Shown: one piece after another, positions 18,755 through 28,712 of the stretch | Layout of the letters: each line of letters opens with the position of its first letter | How positions within the stretch are numbered: the first letter of the stretch is position 1 | DNA from: Planctomycetota bacterium | GTDB lineage: Bacteria > Planctomycetota > UBA8742 > UBA2392 | Reading direction: 5' to 3' | DNA length: 44,383 nucleotides | Assembly (NCBI GenBank): GCA_020847415.1 | Contig: JADLBZ010000036.1 | Span: 1-44,383, forward strand | Translations under genes and position numbers: made by a program | The notes under the pieces: generated by a model | Told to the model about the DNA's origin: nothing | The model's input: only the letters and a program-made list of their open reading frames with translations | Databases searched by the model: none

Positions 18755-18830
18755 TGGTGGACCTGAGGGGATTCGAACCCCTGACCTATGCATTGCGAAC
18801 GCATCGCTCTACCAACTGAGCTACAGGCCC
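18755..18830 (-). tRNA. tRNA-Ala (anticodon CGC), CCA encoded
   Basis: The reverse complement GGGCCTGTAGCTCAGTTGGTAGAGCGATGCGTTCGCAATGCATAGGTCAGGGGTTCGAATCCCCTCAGGTCCACCA folds as a cloverleaf: acceptor 7 bp with the G3:U70 Ala identity pair, D arm GCTC/GAGC, anticodon loop TTCGCAA, T arm AGGGG/CCCCT with TTCGAAT, discriminator A73. Confidence 0.95.
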
Positions 18831-18872
18831 GTCAGGGAGCGTCGCAAGGTACTTTCGCCGCCGCCTGCCGCA

Positions 18873-19991
18873 ATGGGGCGCAGCCCGGCCCTTGCTATAC
18901 TTGCCGCCGTGAAACGACTTGCGCCCTATGCCGTGTTCGCCTGCGCCTGCTGGCTGCTGGCGGCTGTCCTGCCTGCGCCGCCTGCGCAAAAGCAGGACGC
19001 CGCGGAGGCTGCCCGCGCCGCGGGTGTGCGCGTGCTGGGCGCCACGCGCGGCTATGCGGGTACGGCCTTGTGGCTGCGTGCCGGCGATGCCTACCGCCGC
19101 GGCGACATGTACGAGACCCTGGCCGCCTACCAGCTCATCCAGGAGTTTCAGCCCCGCAACCCCGCGGTGTACAGCTACCTGGCCTGGAACGAGGCCTACA
19201 ACCTCTCGGCCCAGTTTCCCGAGCCCGAGCGGCGCCTGGAGTGGGTTCAGCGGGGCTTTGCCACCCTGCACAGGGGCCAGCAGCGCCTGTCGCGCGATGC
19301 CGGCTTGCGGCTGGACGAGTGGCACTTTGTGCTGAACCGCAGCGCGGGCTACCCGCTGGGGGTTCTGGAACTGGAGCTGGAACGCCACGGCACACAGGAC
19401 CCTGCCTGGGGCCTGCTGGCCCGGCGCGCCCTGGAAATGCACCGCGCCCTGCCCGAGAACGAGCGGGCAACCCTGCAGCGGTTTCTTGACGAGGTGGGCC
19501 TGCAGGTGCCGTTGTTCGACACTGCCGAGCGCGCGCAGGAGTTATCGCCTGCCCAGCGGGCGCGCCTGCTGGACCCGGCCTTTGAGGTACTGACACCCGC
19601 CCAGCAGGGCGAACTGGCCGCCGAGTTCAACGACCTGGAGCGCATGCAGCTGCGGGCGCTGGAGCTTCTGTCGCCCGACGCCCGCGCCGTGCTGGCCCTT
19701 TGCCACTGGTGCCGCTTTCACCTCATGGTGCTGGTGCTGGCGCCGGCCGGGAAGCTGACGCCGCGCAGCCTCAGCGTGGACGCCGCCCTGCTGAATACCT
19801 ACCGGCTCGCCCAGCTTTGGCTGGTGCCCGGCACCGAGACGGAATTCACCCCCCGTTACCGTCAGGGAGTTGCAGTTGCGTTCGCTGACGGTATAGAGAA
19901 CGCCCGCCGGTACGGGGATGAGACCGCCGCCGAGTTCTCGGCCCACATGCGCGAGAACTTCGCCGATCTTCCCGGCTGGCTGCCGGAATAG
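18873..19991 (+). CDS. Hypothetical membrane-anchored/secreted protein
   Basis: 372 aa from the ATG at 18873; the ORF-track start 18552 reads through the tRNA. Hydrophobic N-terminus LAPYAVFACACWLLAAVLPAPPA, and the rest is helical with no motif I recognise. Its stop lies 20 nt before the hppA start. Confidence 0.6.
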   Translation: MGRSPALAILAAVKRLAPYAVFACACWLLAAVLPAPPAQKQDAAEAARAAGVRVLGATRGYAGTALWLRAGDAYRRGDMYETLAAYQLIQEFQPRNPAVYSYLAWNEAYNLSAQFPEPERRLEWVQRGFATLHRGQQRLSRDAGLRLDEWHFVLNRSAGYPLGVLELELERHGTQDPAWGLLARRALEMHRALPENERATLQRFLDEVGLQVPLFDTAERAQELSPAQRARLLDPAFEVLTPAQQGELAAEFNDLERMQLRALELLSPDARAVLALCHWCRFHLMVLVLAPAGKLTPRSLSVDAALLNTYRLAQLWLVPGTETEFTPRYRQGVAVAFADGIENARRYGDETAAEFSAHMRENFADLPGWLPE

Positions 19992-20011
19992 ACCGACTCG
20001 GAGATACAGGA

Positions 20012-22738
20012 ATGATCGTTTCGCTGCGCGGCAAGCGCGTGGCCGTGTCCAGCCGCAGGCTGGCACTTGCGGCCGCCATGGTACTGATGGGACTTGGAGT
20101 TACGTTCGCGGCGCTCACCCACGAGGGCGGTCCCGCCGGGTTCTTTGACATGAAGCGCACGACGCACAAGCTGGCGGTTGCGGTGGGCCTGGAAAGCGAC
20201 ACCCCGGTGCTGCTGGCAGAGGCCGAGAAAGAAGGCCCCCGTCGCGCCCGCGGCCCTTTCCGCCAGGGTGACGACCCCGGCGAGAAGCACTGGCACGACG
20301 AGCTGAAGCGGACCACCGAGAACAAGGACGGCAAAGTTGTCGTCAGCAACGTGGAAGGCGCCGGCGCCTGGTCAAGCTGGTACTACTTTGCGCCCACCAT
20401 CCTGCTGGGCCTGATCGCCGCGGCGGCGGCGCTGGTTGTGGCCCTCAAGTTCTTCAAGGACGTCAAGGCCGCCGAGCCCGGCACGCCCAAAATGGTCGAG
20501 ATCATGGACGCCGTGGCCGAGGGCGCCATGGCCTACTTGAAGGCCCAGCGCAAGCGCGTGCTGCCGGTGCTGGGCGCCGCATCCGTGATCATCCTCGCCA
20601 TCAACCTGATCGGCATGCCCTGGTGGCTGGCCATCTTTGTGCCCCTCGGCCTGTTCACGGGCGGCTTCTCCAGCTTCATCACCGGCTGGTACGGCATGAA
20701 GACCGCCACCATGGCCAACGCCCGCACAGCCTACGCCTGCAAGCAGGGCGGCCTGAACGCCGGCCTGCAGGTGGCGTTCAAGGCGGGCTCGGTGATGGGC
20801 CTGTCGGTGGTGGGCATCGGCATCGGGTTCATCACGGTGTGGCTGCTCATCCTGGGCGGCATCTTGGACCCCATCGCGGGCAGCATCACCCTGAATGACA
20901 TCGCCAACGCCATGATCACCTTCGGCCTGGGCGCCTCGCTGGTGGCGCTGTTCGCCCGCGTGGGCGGCGGCATCTACACCAAGGCGGCTGACGTGGGCGC
21001 CGACCTGGTGGGCAAGGTGGAAGCCGGCATCCCGGAAGACGATCCCCGCAACCCGGCCACCATCGCCGACAACGTGGGCGACAACGTGGGCGACGTGGCG
21101 GGCATGGGTGCGGACCTGTACGAGTCGTACCTGGGCTCAGTGCTGGCCTGTATCGCCCTGGCGTGGTCGGCCAGTCAGGCGCTGGGCCACAACCCCTGGG
21201 GCTACGTGGCTGCCCCCATGTGGATTGCCGCGGGCGGCATCATCCTGTCCATCATCGGCACCAAGTTTGTGAAGACCAAGGAAGGCGCCAACCTGGGCGA
21301 GCTGCTGAAGGCCCTCAAGAAGGGCGTCAACGTGGCCTCCATCGCGGTGGTTCCGCTTTCGCTGGTGGTCTGCCTGCTGTGCTTTGGCGTGGCGATGGGC
21401 CTTACGATGTGGTTGGCCTGCTGCATTGGCCTGGCATCGGGCCTCGTCATCGCCTGGGGCTCCGAGAAGTACACCAGCTACGACGACAAGCCCACGCAGG
21501 ACGTGGCCAAGCAGGCCCTTACCGGCCCGGCAACCGTCATCATCGGCGGCCTGGCAGTGGGCATGATGAGCACCTGGATTCCGATCATCACCGTGGCGGT
21601 GGCCACGTTCCTGGCGTTTGGCCTGGGCGGCGGGTTCCTCGGCGGTGGGTTCTCTGCCGGTGTCTACGCCGTGTCGCTGGCGGCGGTCGGCATGCTCAGC
21701 ACCCTGGGCATTACCCTGGCCACAGACGCCTACGGTCCCATCGCGGACAACGCCGGCGGCAACGCTGAGATGGCGGGCCTGCCCCCCGAAGTGCGCGAGA
21801 AGACCGACGCCCTGGACAGCCTTGGCAACACCACGGCTGCCATCGGCAAGGGCTTTGCCATCGGCTCGGCGGCACTGACCGCCCTGGGCCTGATTGCAGC
21901 CTACAGCGATTCTCTGAGCAGCCTCGCCACTTACATGGATGTCAGCCCGCGCTTCAGCTTGGGCGTGATTACGCCCGAGGTCATCATCGGCCTGTTTGTC
22001 GGAGCGTTGCTGGTGTTTGTGTTCTGCGCCCTCACCATGAAGGCCGTGGGCGATGCCGCCAAGGAAATGGTGGAGGAAGTCCGGCGCCAGTTCCGCGAGA
22101 TTGTGGGCCTGCGCGAGGGCAAGGAAGGCGTGAAGCCCGAGCACGGCAAGTGCGTCGAGATCAGCACCCAGGCGGCCATCCGCCGCATGATGCTGCCCGC
22201 CATCATCGCGGTTGTGGGTCCCATTGCGACCGGCGTGTTCTTTGGCGCGGGCGCGGTGTTTGGCTTGCTGGCCGGCGGTTTGGCCACGGGTTTTGCCATG
22301 GCGGTGATGATGGCCAACACCGGCGGTAGCTGGGACAACGCCAAGAAGTTCATCGAGAAGGGCGGCCTGGCTGAGCTGATGATTGCCGACGGCAAGTACA
22401 AGCCCGAGGTTGAGGACCCGCAGCTTGAGGCCGCCAAGGCCACCCAGGGCGGTCCTGACGACGCCCCGGCTGCTGCTGCCCCTGCCCCTGCCGCCGAAGC
22501 ACCCAAGAAGAAGAAGTACGCCCGCTACATGAAGGGCAGCAACGAGCACAAGGCGGCCGTGGTGGGCGACACCGTGGGCGACCCCTTCAAGGACACCAGC
22601 GGCCCGTCGCTGAACATCCTGATCAAGCTGATGAGCATGGTGGCGGTGGCTACTGCTGCCCTGACCCTGCTTGTCAACGATGGCGGCGGCCTGCTCTCGC
22701 AGGCGTTCAGGTTCATCTTCACCACCACCGCTAAGTAA
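20012..22738 (+). CDS. hppA: Membrane-bound (H+ or Na+) translocating pyrophosphatase, K+-dependent-type signature
   Basis: 908 aa. Motifs [85 protein letters not shown] (Ala, not Lys, at the K+-dependence position), DNAKKFIE and [34 protein letters not shown] 7 nt upstream of the ATG. Confidence 0.95.
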   Translation: MIVSLRGKRVAVSSRRLALAAAMVLMGLGVTFAALTHEGGPAGFFDMKRTTHKLAVAVGLESDTPVLLAEAEKEGPRRARGPFRQGDDPGEKHWHDELKRTTENKDGKVVVSNVEGAGAWSSWYYFAPTILLGLIAAAAALVVALKFFKDVKAAEPGTPKMVEIMDAVAEGAMAYLKAQRKRVLPVLGAASVIILAINLIGMPWWLAIFVPLGLFTGGFSSFITGWYGMKTATMANARTAYACKQGGLNAGLQVAFKAGSVMGLSVVGIGIGFITVWLLILGGILDPIAGSITLNDIANAMITFGLGASLVALFARVGGGIYTKAADVGADLVGKVEAGIPEDDPRNPATIADNVGDNVGDVAGMGADLYESYLGSVLACIALAWSASQALGHNPWGYVAAPMWIAAGGIILSIIGTKFVKTKEGANLGELLKALKKGVNVASIAVVPLSLVVCLLCFGVAMGLTMWLACCIGLASGLVIAWGSEKYTSYDDKPTQDVAKQALTGPATVIIGGLAVGMMSTWIPIITVAVATFLAFGLGGGFLGGGFSAGVYAVSLAAVGMLSTLGITLATDAYGPIADNAGGNAEMAGLPPEVREKTDALDSLGNTTAAIGKGFAIGSAALTALGLIAAYSDSLSSLATYMDVSPRFSLGVITPEVIIGLFVGALLVFVFCALTMKAVGDAAKEMVEEVRRQFREIVGLREGKEGVKPEHGKCVEISTQAAIRRMMLPAIIAVVGPIATGVFFGAGAVFGLLAGGLATGFAMAVMMANTGGSWDNAKKFIEKGGLAELMIADGKYKPEVEDPQLEAAKATQGGPDDAPAAAAPAPAAEAPKKKKYARYMKGSNEHKAAVVGDTVGDPFKDTSGPSLNILIKLMSMVAVATAALTLLVNDGGGLLSQAFRFIFTTTAK

Positions 22739-22755
22739 GCGGCGGCTTGACTTCG

Positions 22756-22787
22756 CGCGGGGGCGGTCCGGAAGGACCGCCCCCGCG
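22756..22787 (+). terminator. Strong hairpin after hppA
   Basis: 14-bp perfect stem cgcgggggcggtcc / ggaccgcccccgcg around loop ggaa, 18 nt after the hppA stop. No T tract. Confidence 0.55.
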
Positions 22788-24479
22788 GTGTGTGAGTTCA
22801 ACCGCAGGTATCTTGTTGCCCTGCGCACCGTGCTGCTGATGACGCTGCTGCTGCTTGCGCCGCTCGTCCGTGCCGGCGAAGACGCCAAGGCTGACTACGA
22901 CGCGGTGCTGGCCGCATTCAAGGCCAAAGACCACGCCCGCACGACCGAGCTTGCAGAAGCCTTCCTGGCTGCCCACAAGGACTACCAGCACGCCGGCGCC
23001 GCCGCCTGGATGGGCGGTAACAGCGCCTTTCGCGCGGGCCTGCACGCCCGCGCCGAGAAGCTCTACCGCACCCTGCTGGCGGACTACCCTCCCAGCCGCG
23101 ACATCGAGAAGGGCCGTGACGAGCTGGTCTCGCTGCTTTCCGAGATGCGCAAGCTGCCCGAATGCATTGCCCAGTGCGAAGAGAACCTCAAAGCCGCCCC
23201 GGAAAGCCCCGCCGCCGAGTGCTGGGTCCTCACCGTGGCGGAGTGCCGCTTTCGGCTGTGGGAGTTTGAGTCCGCCGAGAAGGCCCTGAAGGCCTTCATC
23301 GAGGCACATCCGGCCTCGCCCCTGCTGGCGCGGGCCAGGAGCCTGCTGGACGACATCAACCCGCCCCTGAAGGTGGGGGCTGACGGCGTGGTGGCGGGCT
23401 ACGACGGCAAGTACCGCGACGACCCGCGCCTGGCGGCTGCCCTGAAGGCCCTGCCGGGGGCGGTGAAAGCCGGCTGCGCCATGCTGGAGAAGATGCTGGG
23501 CGTGAAGGTGGCCGGCAAGGCCAGCGCGGTCTTTGAGTTCAAGGACAAGGCCGATTCGCGTATCACAGACCGCGCCACCACCCGCACCATCGCCATGAAG
23601 TACAAGCCCTTCACGCTGATGACCTTCTACACCGAGCACATCGTGGTCTCGCTGCCGGACTTTGAGAGCCGCGTGGCCCACGAGCTGAAGCACGCCGCCT
23701 TCCGCACCCTGATGGGCCAGGCCTACCTGAACCTCCCCGAATGGGTGCGCGAGGGCTTGGCCGTCTACGGCGCCGGCCAGCTTGAAGACCGTATCTGCCA
23801 TGTGGTGGGCAACCAGGTGTTCGGGGGGCAGCCGTCGCTGGCGGTGCTGGATGGACTGGAGGACGCCGACCACGACAGCACCGATTACATCGAAGACGCA
23901 CTGGCCTTTGCGTGGCTGGAGGGCCGCAAGGCGGGCGCCGTGAAGGAGTACTGCCGCCGCCTGCTGGCGGGCGAGGCCCACGACAAGCTTTTTGCTGCGC
24001 TTTCGGGCCTGGAGTATGCGGCAGCCGTGGAAGCGGCCGGCACCTTTGCCCGCGACGAAGTTACCCGTCGCCTGGGCAGCGCCGAGGCCGAGCTGATCTC
24101 GCTGCAGCAAGCTGAGGATGCCGCGGTCTCCAGCGGCAAGGCCGACCACTGGCGCAAGAACACCGGCCTGCGCGAGTATCGCGCCTGGCTGAAGGCCAAC
24201 CCGGCGCACCCCCTGGCCGCGAACTGCCGCTACCGCCTGGCCAAGGCAGTGGTGCTGACCGGCGACTACGAGCAGGGACGCGTGCTTATGGCCGAGGTTG
24301 AGGCCGACCAGCTTCGCACCAGCCTGTGCGACGATGCCGTGTACTGGCTGGCCCGCAGCCACGAGCTGGAGGGCAACGCCGAGGCGGCTGACAAAGAGTA
24401 CGACCGCCTGCTGCATGACTACTCGTGGTCCAGTGCAGCCCAGCGCCTGCGCGACGAGCGCGCCAGGAAGCCGGGGTAA
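22788..24479 (+). CDS. Secreted TPR-flanked putative gluzincin (MA-clan, DUF1570-like) metallopeptidase
   Basis: A GTG at 22788 gives an n-region plus [21 protein letters not shown] signal; an alternative ATG lies at 22839. TPR-like helices at both ends. The centre carries [10 protein letters not shown] (HExxH) followed about 20 aa later by [14 protein letters not shown], a candidate third ligand Glu. Confidence 0.65.
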   Translation: MCEFNRRYLVALRTVLLMTLLLLAPLVRAGEDAKADYDAVLAAFKAKDHARTTELAEAFLAAHKDYQHAGAAAWMGGNSAFRAGLHARAEKLYRTLLADYPPSRDIEKGRDELVSLLSEMRKLPECIAQCEENLKAAPESPAAECWVLTVAECRFRLWEFESAEKALKAFIEAHPASPLLARARSLLDDINPPLKVGADGVVAGYDGKYRDDPRLAAALKALPGAVKAGCAMLEKMLGVKVAGKASAVFEFKDKADSRITDRATTRTIAMKYKPFTLMTFYTEHIVVSLPDFESRVAHELKHAAFRTLMGQAYLNLPEWVREGLAVYGAGQLEDRICHVVGNQVFGGQPSLAVLDGLEDADHDSTDYIEDALAFAWLEGRKAGAVKEYCRRLLAGEAHDKLFAALSGLEYAAAVEAAGTFARDEVTRRLGSAEAELISLQQAEDAAVSSGKADHWRKNTGLREYRAWLKANPAHPLAANCRYRLAKAVVLTGDYEQGRVLMAEVEADQLRTSLCDDAVYWLARSHELEGNAEAADKEYDRLLHDYSWSSAAQRLRDERARKPG

Positions 24480-24484
24480 CCGGC

Positions 24485-26410
24485 ATGGCGGAAACCTCCC
24501 TGTTGCAGCGCCAGATTGAGGCCGCCCCGGCTGCGCCCGGCTGCTACCTGTTCAAGGACGAGCGCGGCAAGGTGCTTTACGTGGGCAAGGCCGTGGATCT
24601 CTCCCGCCGCGTGCCCAGCTACTTGCGTCCAGGCGCTGACGGCCGCCCGCACATCCCCTTTCTCATGGAGAAGGCGGAGAGTGTCGAGTTCGTGGTGGTC
24701 AGCAACGAGAAGGAGGCGCTGGTCCTTGAGAACAACCTGATCAAGCGCCTGCGGCCCCGCTACAACATTGTGCTGGCGGGCGACGACAAGACGTTTGTCA
24801 GTGTGCGCGTGGACATGCGCCACGACTACCCTCGCGCCACCATCGTGCACAAGTACCGCCGCGACGGCGCTGTCTACCTGGGGCCCTTCTCCAGCGCGTC
24901 GGCCCTGTACAAGACGCTTGAGGTGCTGCGCACGCGGTTTCCACTGCGGCTGTGCAGCGACCACGTCATGGCCAACCGCTCGCGTCCCTGCATGTATCAC
25001 GAGCTGGGCGCCTGCGTGGCGCCCTGCATGAAGGGACAAGTGGACAAAGCAGCATACCGCGAGCTGCTGCAGGGCTTCATGCGGGTGTTGCAGGGCAAGG
25101 ACGATTCCGTGGCGCGCGACCTCGAGCAGCGCATGGAGCAGGCCGCGACGGCGCTTGAGTTTGAGAAGGCCGCCCAGTGGCGGGACCGCCTGCAGGCTGT
25201 GCGCGCTACTACCACCCGCCAGCGCGCGCAGATCGGCCATGGGCCCGTGAACAACCAGGACGTCATCGGCCTGCACCGCGAGGCCGACCGCGTTATGGTG
25301 GCCCTGCTGATGTACCGCGACGGCAAGCTGGAAGACACCGCCACACGCGAGCTGCAAAGCACCCTGCCCGACGACGAAGTGCTGGCCGGCTTCACCTCGG
25401 CCTGGTACAGCCGCGCTGCCTTTGTCCCCGAGGAAGTGGTGCTGGCCCTGCCCGTGGAAGCGCCTGAGGCCCTGGCCTCGTGGCTGACGGACCGGGCCGG
25501 GCATGCCGTGCGCGTGACCGTGCCCCAGCGCGGCGACAAGGCCAGGCTGGCCGAACTGGCGGCGGTTAACGCGCGCCACGCCTTGAAGGTGCGCAACGAA
25601 AGCGAGCACCGCGCGCGCGAGTTGCTGCGCAGCCTGCAGGAGGCTTTGGGCCTGGAGCGGCTGCCCCTGCGCATGGAATGCTACGACATCAGCCACGGCG
25701 GGCAGGGGCGCGAGACGGTGGGCTCGGGCGTGTGTTTTGTGGATGGCGAGCCCGCCAAGCAGCACTACCGCAAGTACCACGTGAAGAGCCACGACCGCAA
25801 CGACGACTTCGCCAGCCTGCATGAGGTGCTGACGCGCCGCCTGAAGCGCGGGCTGGAAGAGGGCAACCTGCCGGACCTGATCGTTATTGACGGCGGCCCC
25901 GCCCAGCTTGGGCGTGTGCAGGCGGTGTTTGACGAGCTGAATGTGGTGGGGATTGACCTGGTCTCGCTGGCCAAGTCCCGCGACAAATCCGCCCCGGCCT
26001 GGGAGACCAGCTACGGCGGCGAGGCCGCAAAGACACCCGAGCGCGTGTTTCTGCCGGGGCGCGAGGAGCCGCTGCTGCTGGACCAGCGTTCGCCGGCCCT
26101 GTTTCTGCTGATGCGAATCCGGGACGAAGCGCACCGGTTTGCGGTAACGTTTCATCGCAAGTTGAAGCGCAAGCAGGCGGTGCAGAGCAGCCTGGATTCC
26201 GTGCCGGGGCTCGGCCCGCGCCGCAAGAAGGCGCTGATCCAGCGCTTTGGCTCGCCGCGCGGGGTGAAGCTGGCCACGCTGGAAGAACTGCGCGCGATGC
26301 CGGGCATCCCGGAGAAGCTGGCCCAGGCGGTGTTTGAACGCTTTGCCGAAGAACGCGCGCGGCTGCAGGCCAAAGCCGCCCCGGCCCCCGGCCCGGAAAC
26401 CGCGCCCTGA
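24485..26410 (+). CDS. uvrC: Excinuclease ABC subunit C
   Basis: 641 aa from the ATG at 24485. GIY-YIG domain GCYLFKDERGKVLYVGKAVDLSRRVPSY...ENNLIKRLRPRYN, a UVR domain (LEFEKAAQWRDRLQAV), an endonuclease domain and a C-terminal HhH (LDSVPGLGPRRKKALIQRFGS). Confidence 0.95.
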   Translation: MAETSLLQRQIEAAPAAPGCYLFKDERGKVLYVGKAVDLSRRVPSYLRPGADGRPHIPFLMEKAESVEFVVVSNEKEALVLENNLIKRLRPRYNIVLAGDDKTFVSVRVDMRHDYPRATIVHKYRRDGAVYLGPFSSASALYKTLEVLRTRFPLRLCSDHVMANRSRPCMYHELGACVAPCMKGQVDKAAYRELLQGFMRVLQGKDDSVARDLEQRMEQAATALEFEKAAQWRDRLQAVRATTTRQRAQIGHGPVNNQDVIGLHREADRVMVALLMYRDGKLEDTATRELQSTLPDDEVLAGFTSAWYSRAAFVPEEVVLALPVEAPEALASWLTDRAGHAVRVTVPQRGDKARLAELAAVNARHALKVRNESEHRARELLRSLQEALGLERLPLRMECYDISHGGQGRETVGSGVCFVDGEPAKQHYRKYHVKSHDRNDDFASLHEVLTRRLKRGLEEGNLPDLIVIDGGPAQLGRVQAVFDELNVVGIDLVSLAKSRDKSAPAWETSYGGEAAKTPERVFLPGREEPLLLDQRSPALFLLMRIRDEAHRFAVTFHRKLKRKQAVQSSLDSVPGLGPRRKKALIQRFGSPRGVKLATLEELRAMPGIPEKLAQAVFERFAEERARLQAKAAPAPGPETAP

Positions 26411-26473
26411 CCCCCGGTGCATGCGTCGCACCTCGACCCGAAATGCCGCCGCATCCGACCACCGGTGCCGGCG

Positions 26474-27613
26474 CTATCGCCGCACGCGCACCCAGTACCG
26501 CGCCAGTCCCGCATGGTGTTGGCGCTTCCAGGTCTCGATGCCCCCGCCCCAGGCGGTGTAGTCGAGCACCAGGTAGTAGCGGCCGCGCAGGCCGCTGCGG
26601 GTCCAGGCGGCACGGCTCATGTGCAGGGACTGTTCCACCGTGCCCGGCAACGCAACAGCCTCCATGTCGTCCGGGTAGGACCGCTCGTAGTCGGCAAAGG
26701 CGGCCTCATCCAGCAGCATCACGTCCACGGCAAAGTTGGCGCCCGGCTGTTCGCTTTCCGCCTCCACCGTCACGCGCAGCTCGTCGCCTTCGCGCAGCTC
26801 GATGGGACCCAGATAGTCCCGGAAGTCGCGTTCCAGCCGGCTGGTGTCGTTGTACAGGGTCTCGGCGTCCGACTCGGTGGTCTCAAAGGGCCCCTTGCGC
26901 GGTCGGAACTCTTTGCCCACGTGCCCGGCGGCAAGCCAGTTGTCGCCGTCAGCCGTGAGCACCAGGGTAAAGCCCGGCTGAAGGGACTCCTCGATGGCGG
27001 CGGTGCCGGCCTTCTGCACCACGCCCGAGAAGATGCGTGCCAGCAGGTGGTCTATGTGGGTGCAGGTAAACCAGGGCTCGCGGATCTCGCGGCAGGTGAA
27101 GTACGCATAGATGCGCCAGTCCTCGCTGCGGAAGTCCACCTGGTAGCTGACGCCCGCGCCGCCTTCAAAGCGCACGCGGCCGCCGGTCTCGTGCCAGAGT
27201 TCGCCCTTGCCTTGCAGCTTCACGTCGTAGATGCGGCGGCGCGCGGGGTCGGCGTCGGCGGCAAAGGGCTGCGTGACCTGCGCGTTCTCGATGCGAAAGC
27301 GCCCCACCACGCGGCCCTGGTCGTCGCGCAGGGGCAGGCTCTTGCCTACCGGCGTTTCGCGGTAGACGGCGATCACGCGTTCCAGCACAGCCGCGCGATA
27401 GGTCTCGCTGTCCGGGTCGTTGATGAAGCCCTCAAACCACTCGCGATAGGTCAGGGTGGCGCCAGCCGCAATCACGCCCCAGCGGCCGGTGGCTTTCAAG
27501 TACAGTGCCCCACCGCCCAAGGCCGCCAGGATCAACACCATGACCGCGGCCGCCACCCGCCGGGCGGTGCGTTTGCGTGGAAGCGGCGGCTGTTCGGGCC
27601 CCTTCCGGCTCAT
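26474..27613 (-). CDS. Hypothetical N-terminally membrane-anchored protein
   Basis: About 379 aa. MSRKGPEQPPLPRKRTARRVAAAVMVLILAALGGGALYL TM anchor, then a mixed-composition soluble domain with no motif I recognise. The ATG at 27613 (or the GTG at 27619) lies 12-18 nt after the stop of the preceding small ORF. Confidence 0.6.
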   Translation of the reverse strand: MSRKGPEQPPLPRKRTARRVAAAVMVLILAALGGGALYLKATGRWGVIAAGATLTYREWFEGFINDPDSETYRAAVLERVIAVYRETPVGKSLPLRDDQGRVVGRFRIENAQVTQPFAADADPARRRIYDVKLQGKGELWHETGGRVRFEGGAGVSYQVDFRSEDWRIYAYFTCREIREPWFTCTHIDHLLARIFSGVVQKAGTAAIEESLQPGFTLVLTADGDNWLAAGHVGKEFRPRKGPFETTESDAETLYNDTSRLERDFRDYLGPIELREGDELRVTVEAESEQPGANFAVDVMLLDEAAFADYERSYPDDMEAVALPGTVEQSLHMSRAAWTRSGLRGRYYLVLDYTAWGGGIETWKRQHHAGLARYWVRVRR

Positions 27614-27631
27614 ACCCACATGTTAGCGCGT

Positions 27632-27853
27632 TTACTTCGCGGCGGCTTGGGCAGCTTTTGCCGACGGCGCGCAGTGCACCGTCAAGCCGCAGAACAGGGC
27701 GGGCACCCAGCTGCGCTTGTAGCGCGGGTGGCTGTACTCGCAGTGCAGGTAACGGCGGCCTTCGCCATCGAGGCGGACTTCCACGCTGTCGAAGAACTGC
27801 TCGAACAGGTGCTTGAACCTGGCCAGGACAAACTCGTCGTTCAGCTCTGCCAC
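27632..27853 (-). CDS. Small hypothetical protein (73 aa from the GTG; the ORF is open up to 27994)
   Basis: ...AELNDEFVLARFKHLFEQFFDSVEVRLDGEGRRYLHCEYSHPRYKRSWVPALFCGLTVHC... has balanced composition. The GTG at 27853 has GGAGAG 4 nt upstream. The longer form would overlap the methyltransferase by 74 nt. Tight spacing to the downstream gene suggests coupling. Confidence 0.4.
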   Translation of the reverse strand: MAELNDEFVLARFKHLFEQFFDSVEVRLDGEGRRYLHCEYSHPRYKRSWVPALFCGLTVHCAPSAKAAQAAAK

Positions 27854-27920
27854 GGCGCTCTCCAGTTGGGCCGGAGTGTAGTTCGCCCGCGCGGGCAGGA
27901 AAAGCCCTCTGCCATGCCGG

Positions 27921-28712
27921 CTACTCTTCCTCGACGGGCAGGCGCACCGGGGCAATGCCGCCTGAGGTGCCGTCCAGCCACAGGGTGCGCGCACCGAGCT
28001 CGCGGGGGTTCAGTCCTGCCGACTTGCCCAGCAGGGCCACGGGCTGGGGAAGAGCGGCGGACAGATGCCACTCGTTCACACGTCCGCCCGCTTCCTGCAC
28101 CGAAAGGGCCGCGGCGCTCCACCAGGGGGTGATGCGCGTGGCCAGGGGCTCCACGACCAGTGCCTGCCCGCCCGCGGCGGCGTGGTCCAGCATGCGTTGC
28201 AGCAGGCGGGCGCGCAGGGCAGGAGCAAGCTCGTTCAGGGCGAAGGCCGCGACGATGCGCCGGGGCGGCGGCGGCCAACGAAAGCGATCCAGGGTGCAGC
28301 GCAGGGCGCCGCCGCGCACGCCCAGCTCGCGCCAGCTCTGGCGGGCTTCCGCCAGCGCCCAGTCGGCGGTATCCACGCCCACCACAAGGCCCGGGTGCTC
28401 CAGTGCCCAGGCCGCCGAGGCCACGCCGGTGCCGCAACCCAGGTCCACGATCTCGGCCTTGCAGGGGCCGGGCTTGAGGGCGCGCAGCACCTCGCGCACC
28501 ATCACGAAGTGGCGGGGACCGTAATAGAGACAAAACGCCGCGCGCTTGCCGCGCCCCGCAAAGGCATCGCCCCGGATACGTCCGCGCCGCTGCACGTAGT
28601 CGCGGGTCAGGGCTTTCAGGGCGCGGGAAACCTCGGGGTGGGTCAGCTCGCGCAGGTGCCGCGCAAACAGGGCCTCCAGCCAGCCATCCACCGATGCAGG
28701 GCGGGGCTTCAA
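27921..28712 (-). CDS. Class I SAM-dependent methyltransferase
   Basis: Motif I EIVDLGCGTGVASAAWAL, preceded by FCLYYGPRHFVMVREVL (Rsm22-like flavour; inference). A TTG at 28712 overlaps the alr stop (TTGA); an alternative GTG lies at 28691. The rest of the ORF 27921-29150 overlaps alr and is discarded. Confidence 0.7.
   Translation of the reverse strand: MKPRPASVDGWLEALFARHLRELTHPEVSRALKALTRDYVQRRGRIRGDAFAGRGKRAAFCLYYGPRHFVMVREVLRALKPGPCKAEIVDLGCGTGVASAAWALEHPGLVVGVDTADWALAEARQSWRELGVRGGALRCTLDRFRWPPPPRRIVAAFALNELAPALRARLLQRMLDHAAAGGQALVVEPLATRITPWWSAAALSVQEAGGRVNEWHLSAALPQPVALLGKSAGLNPRELGARTLWLDGTSGGIAPVRLPVEEE

Noticed and set aside
18755-18830. tRNA-Ala as a possible integration site marking a genomic island, with the giant gene on one side and the hppA block on the other.
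   Set aside because: There is no integrase, no direct repeat of the tRNA 3' end that I can find, and no compositional break on either side.
18552-18872. The 5' part of ORF 18552-19991 overlaps the end of the giant gene and the tRNA.
   Set aside because: It reads straight through tRNA-Ala on the opposite strand and through the terminator hairpin. The ATG at 18873 gives a sensible hydrophobic N-terminus.
27854-27994. The longer 120-aa version of the small ORF, starting at 27994.
   Set aside because: It would overlap the methyltransferase 3' end by 74 nt, and the extra residues (MRAPCGWTAPQAALPRCACPSRKSSRHGRG) look non-protein-like. The GTG at 27853 has an SD. The longer form cannot be excluded.
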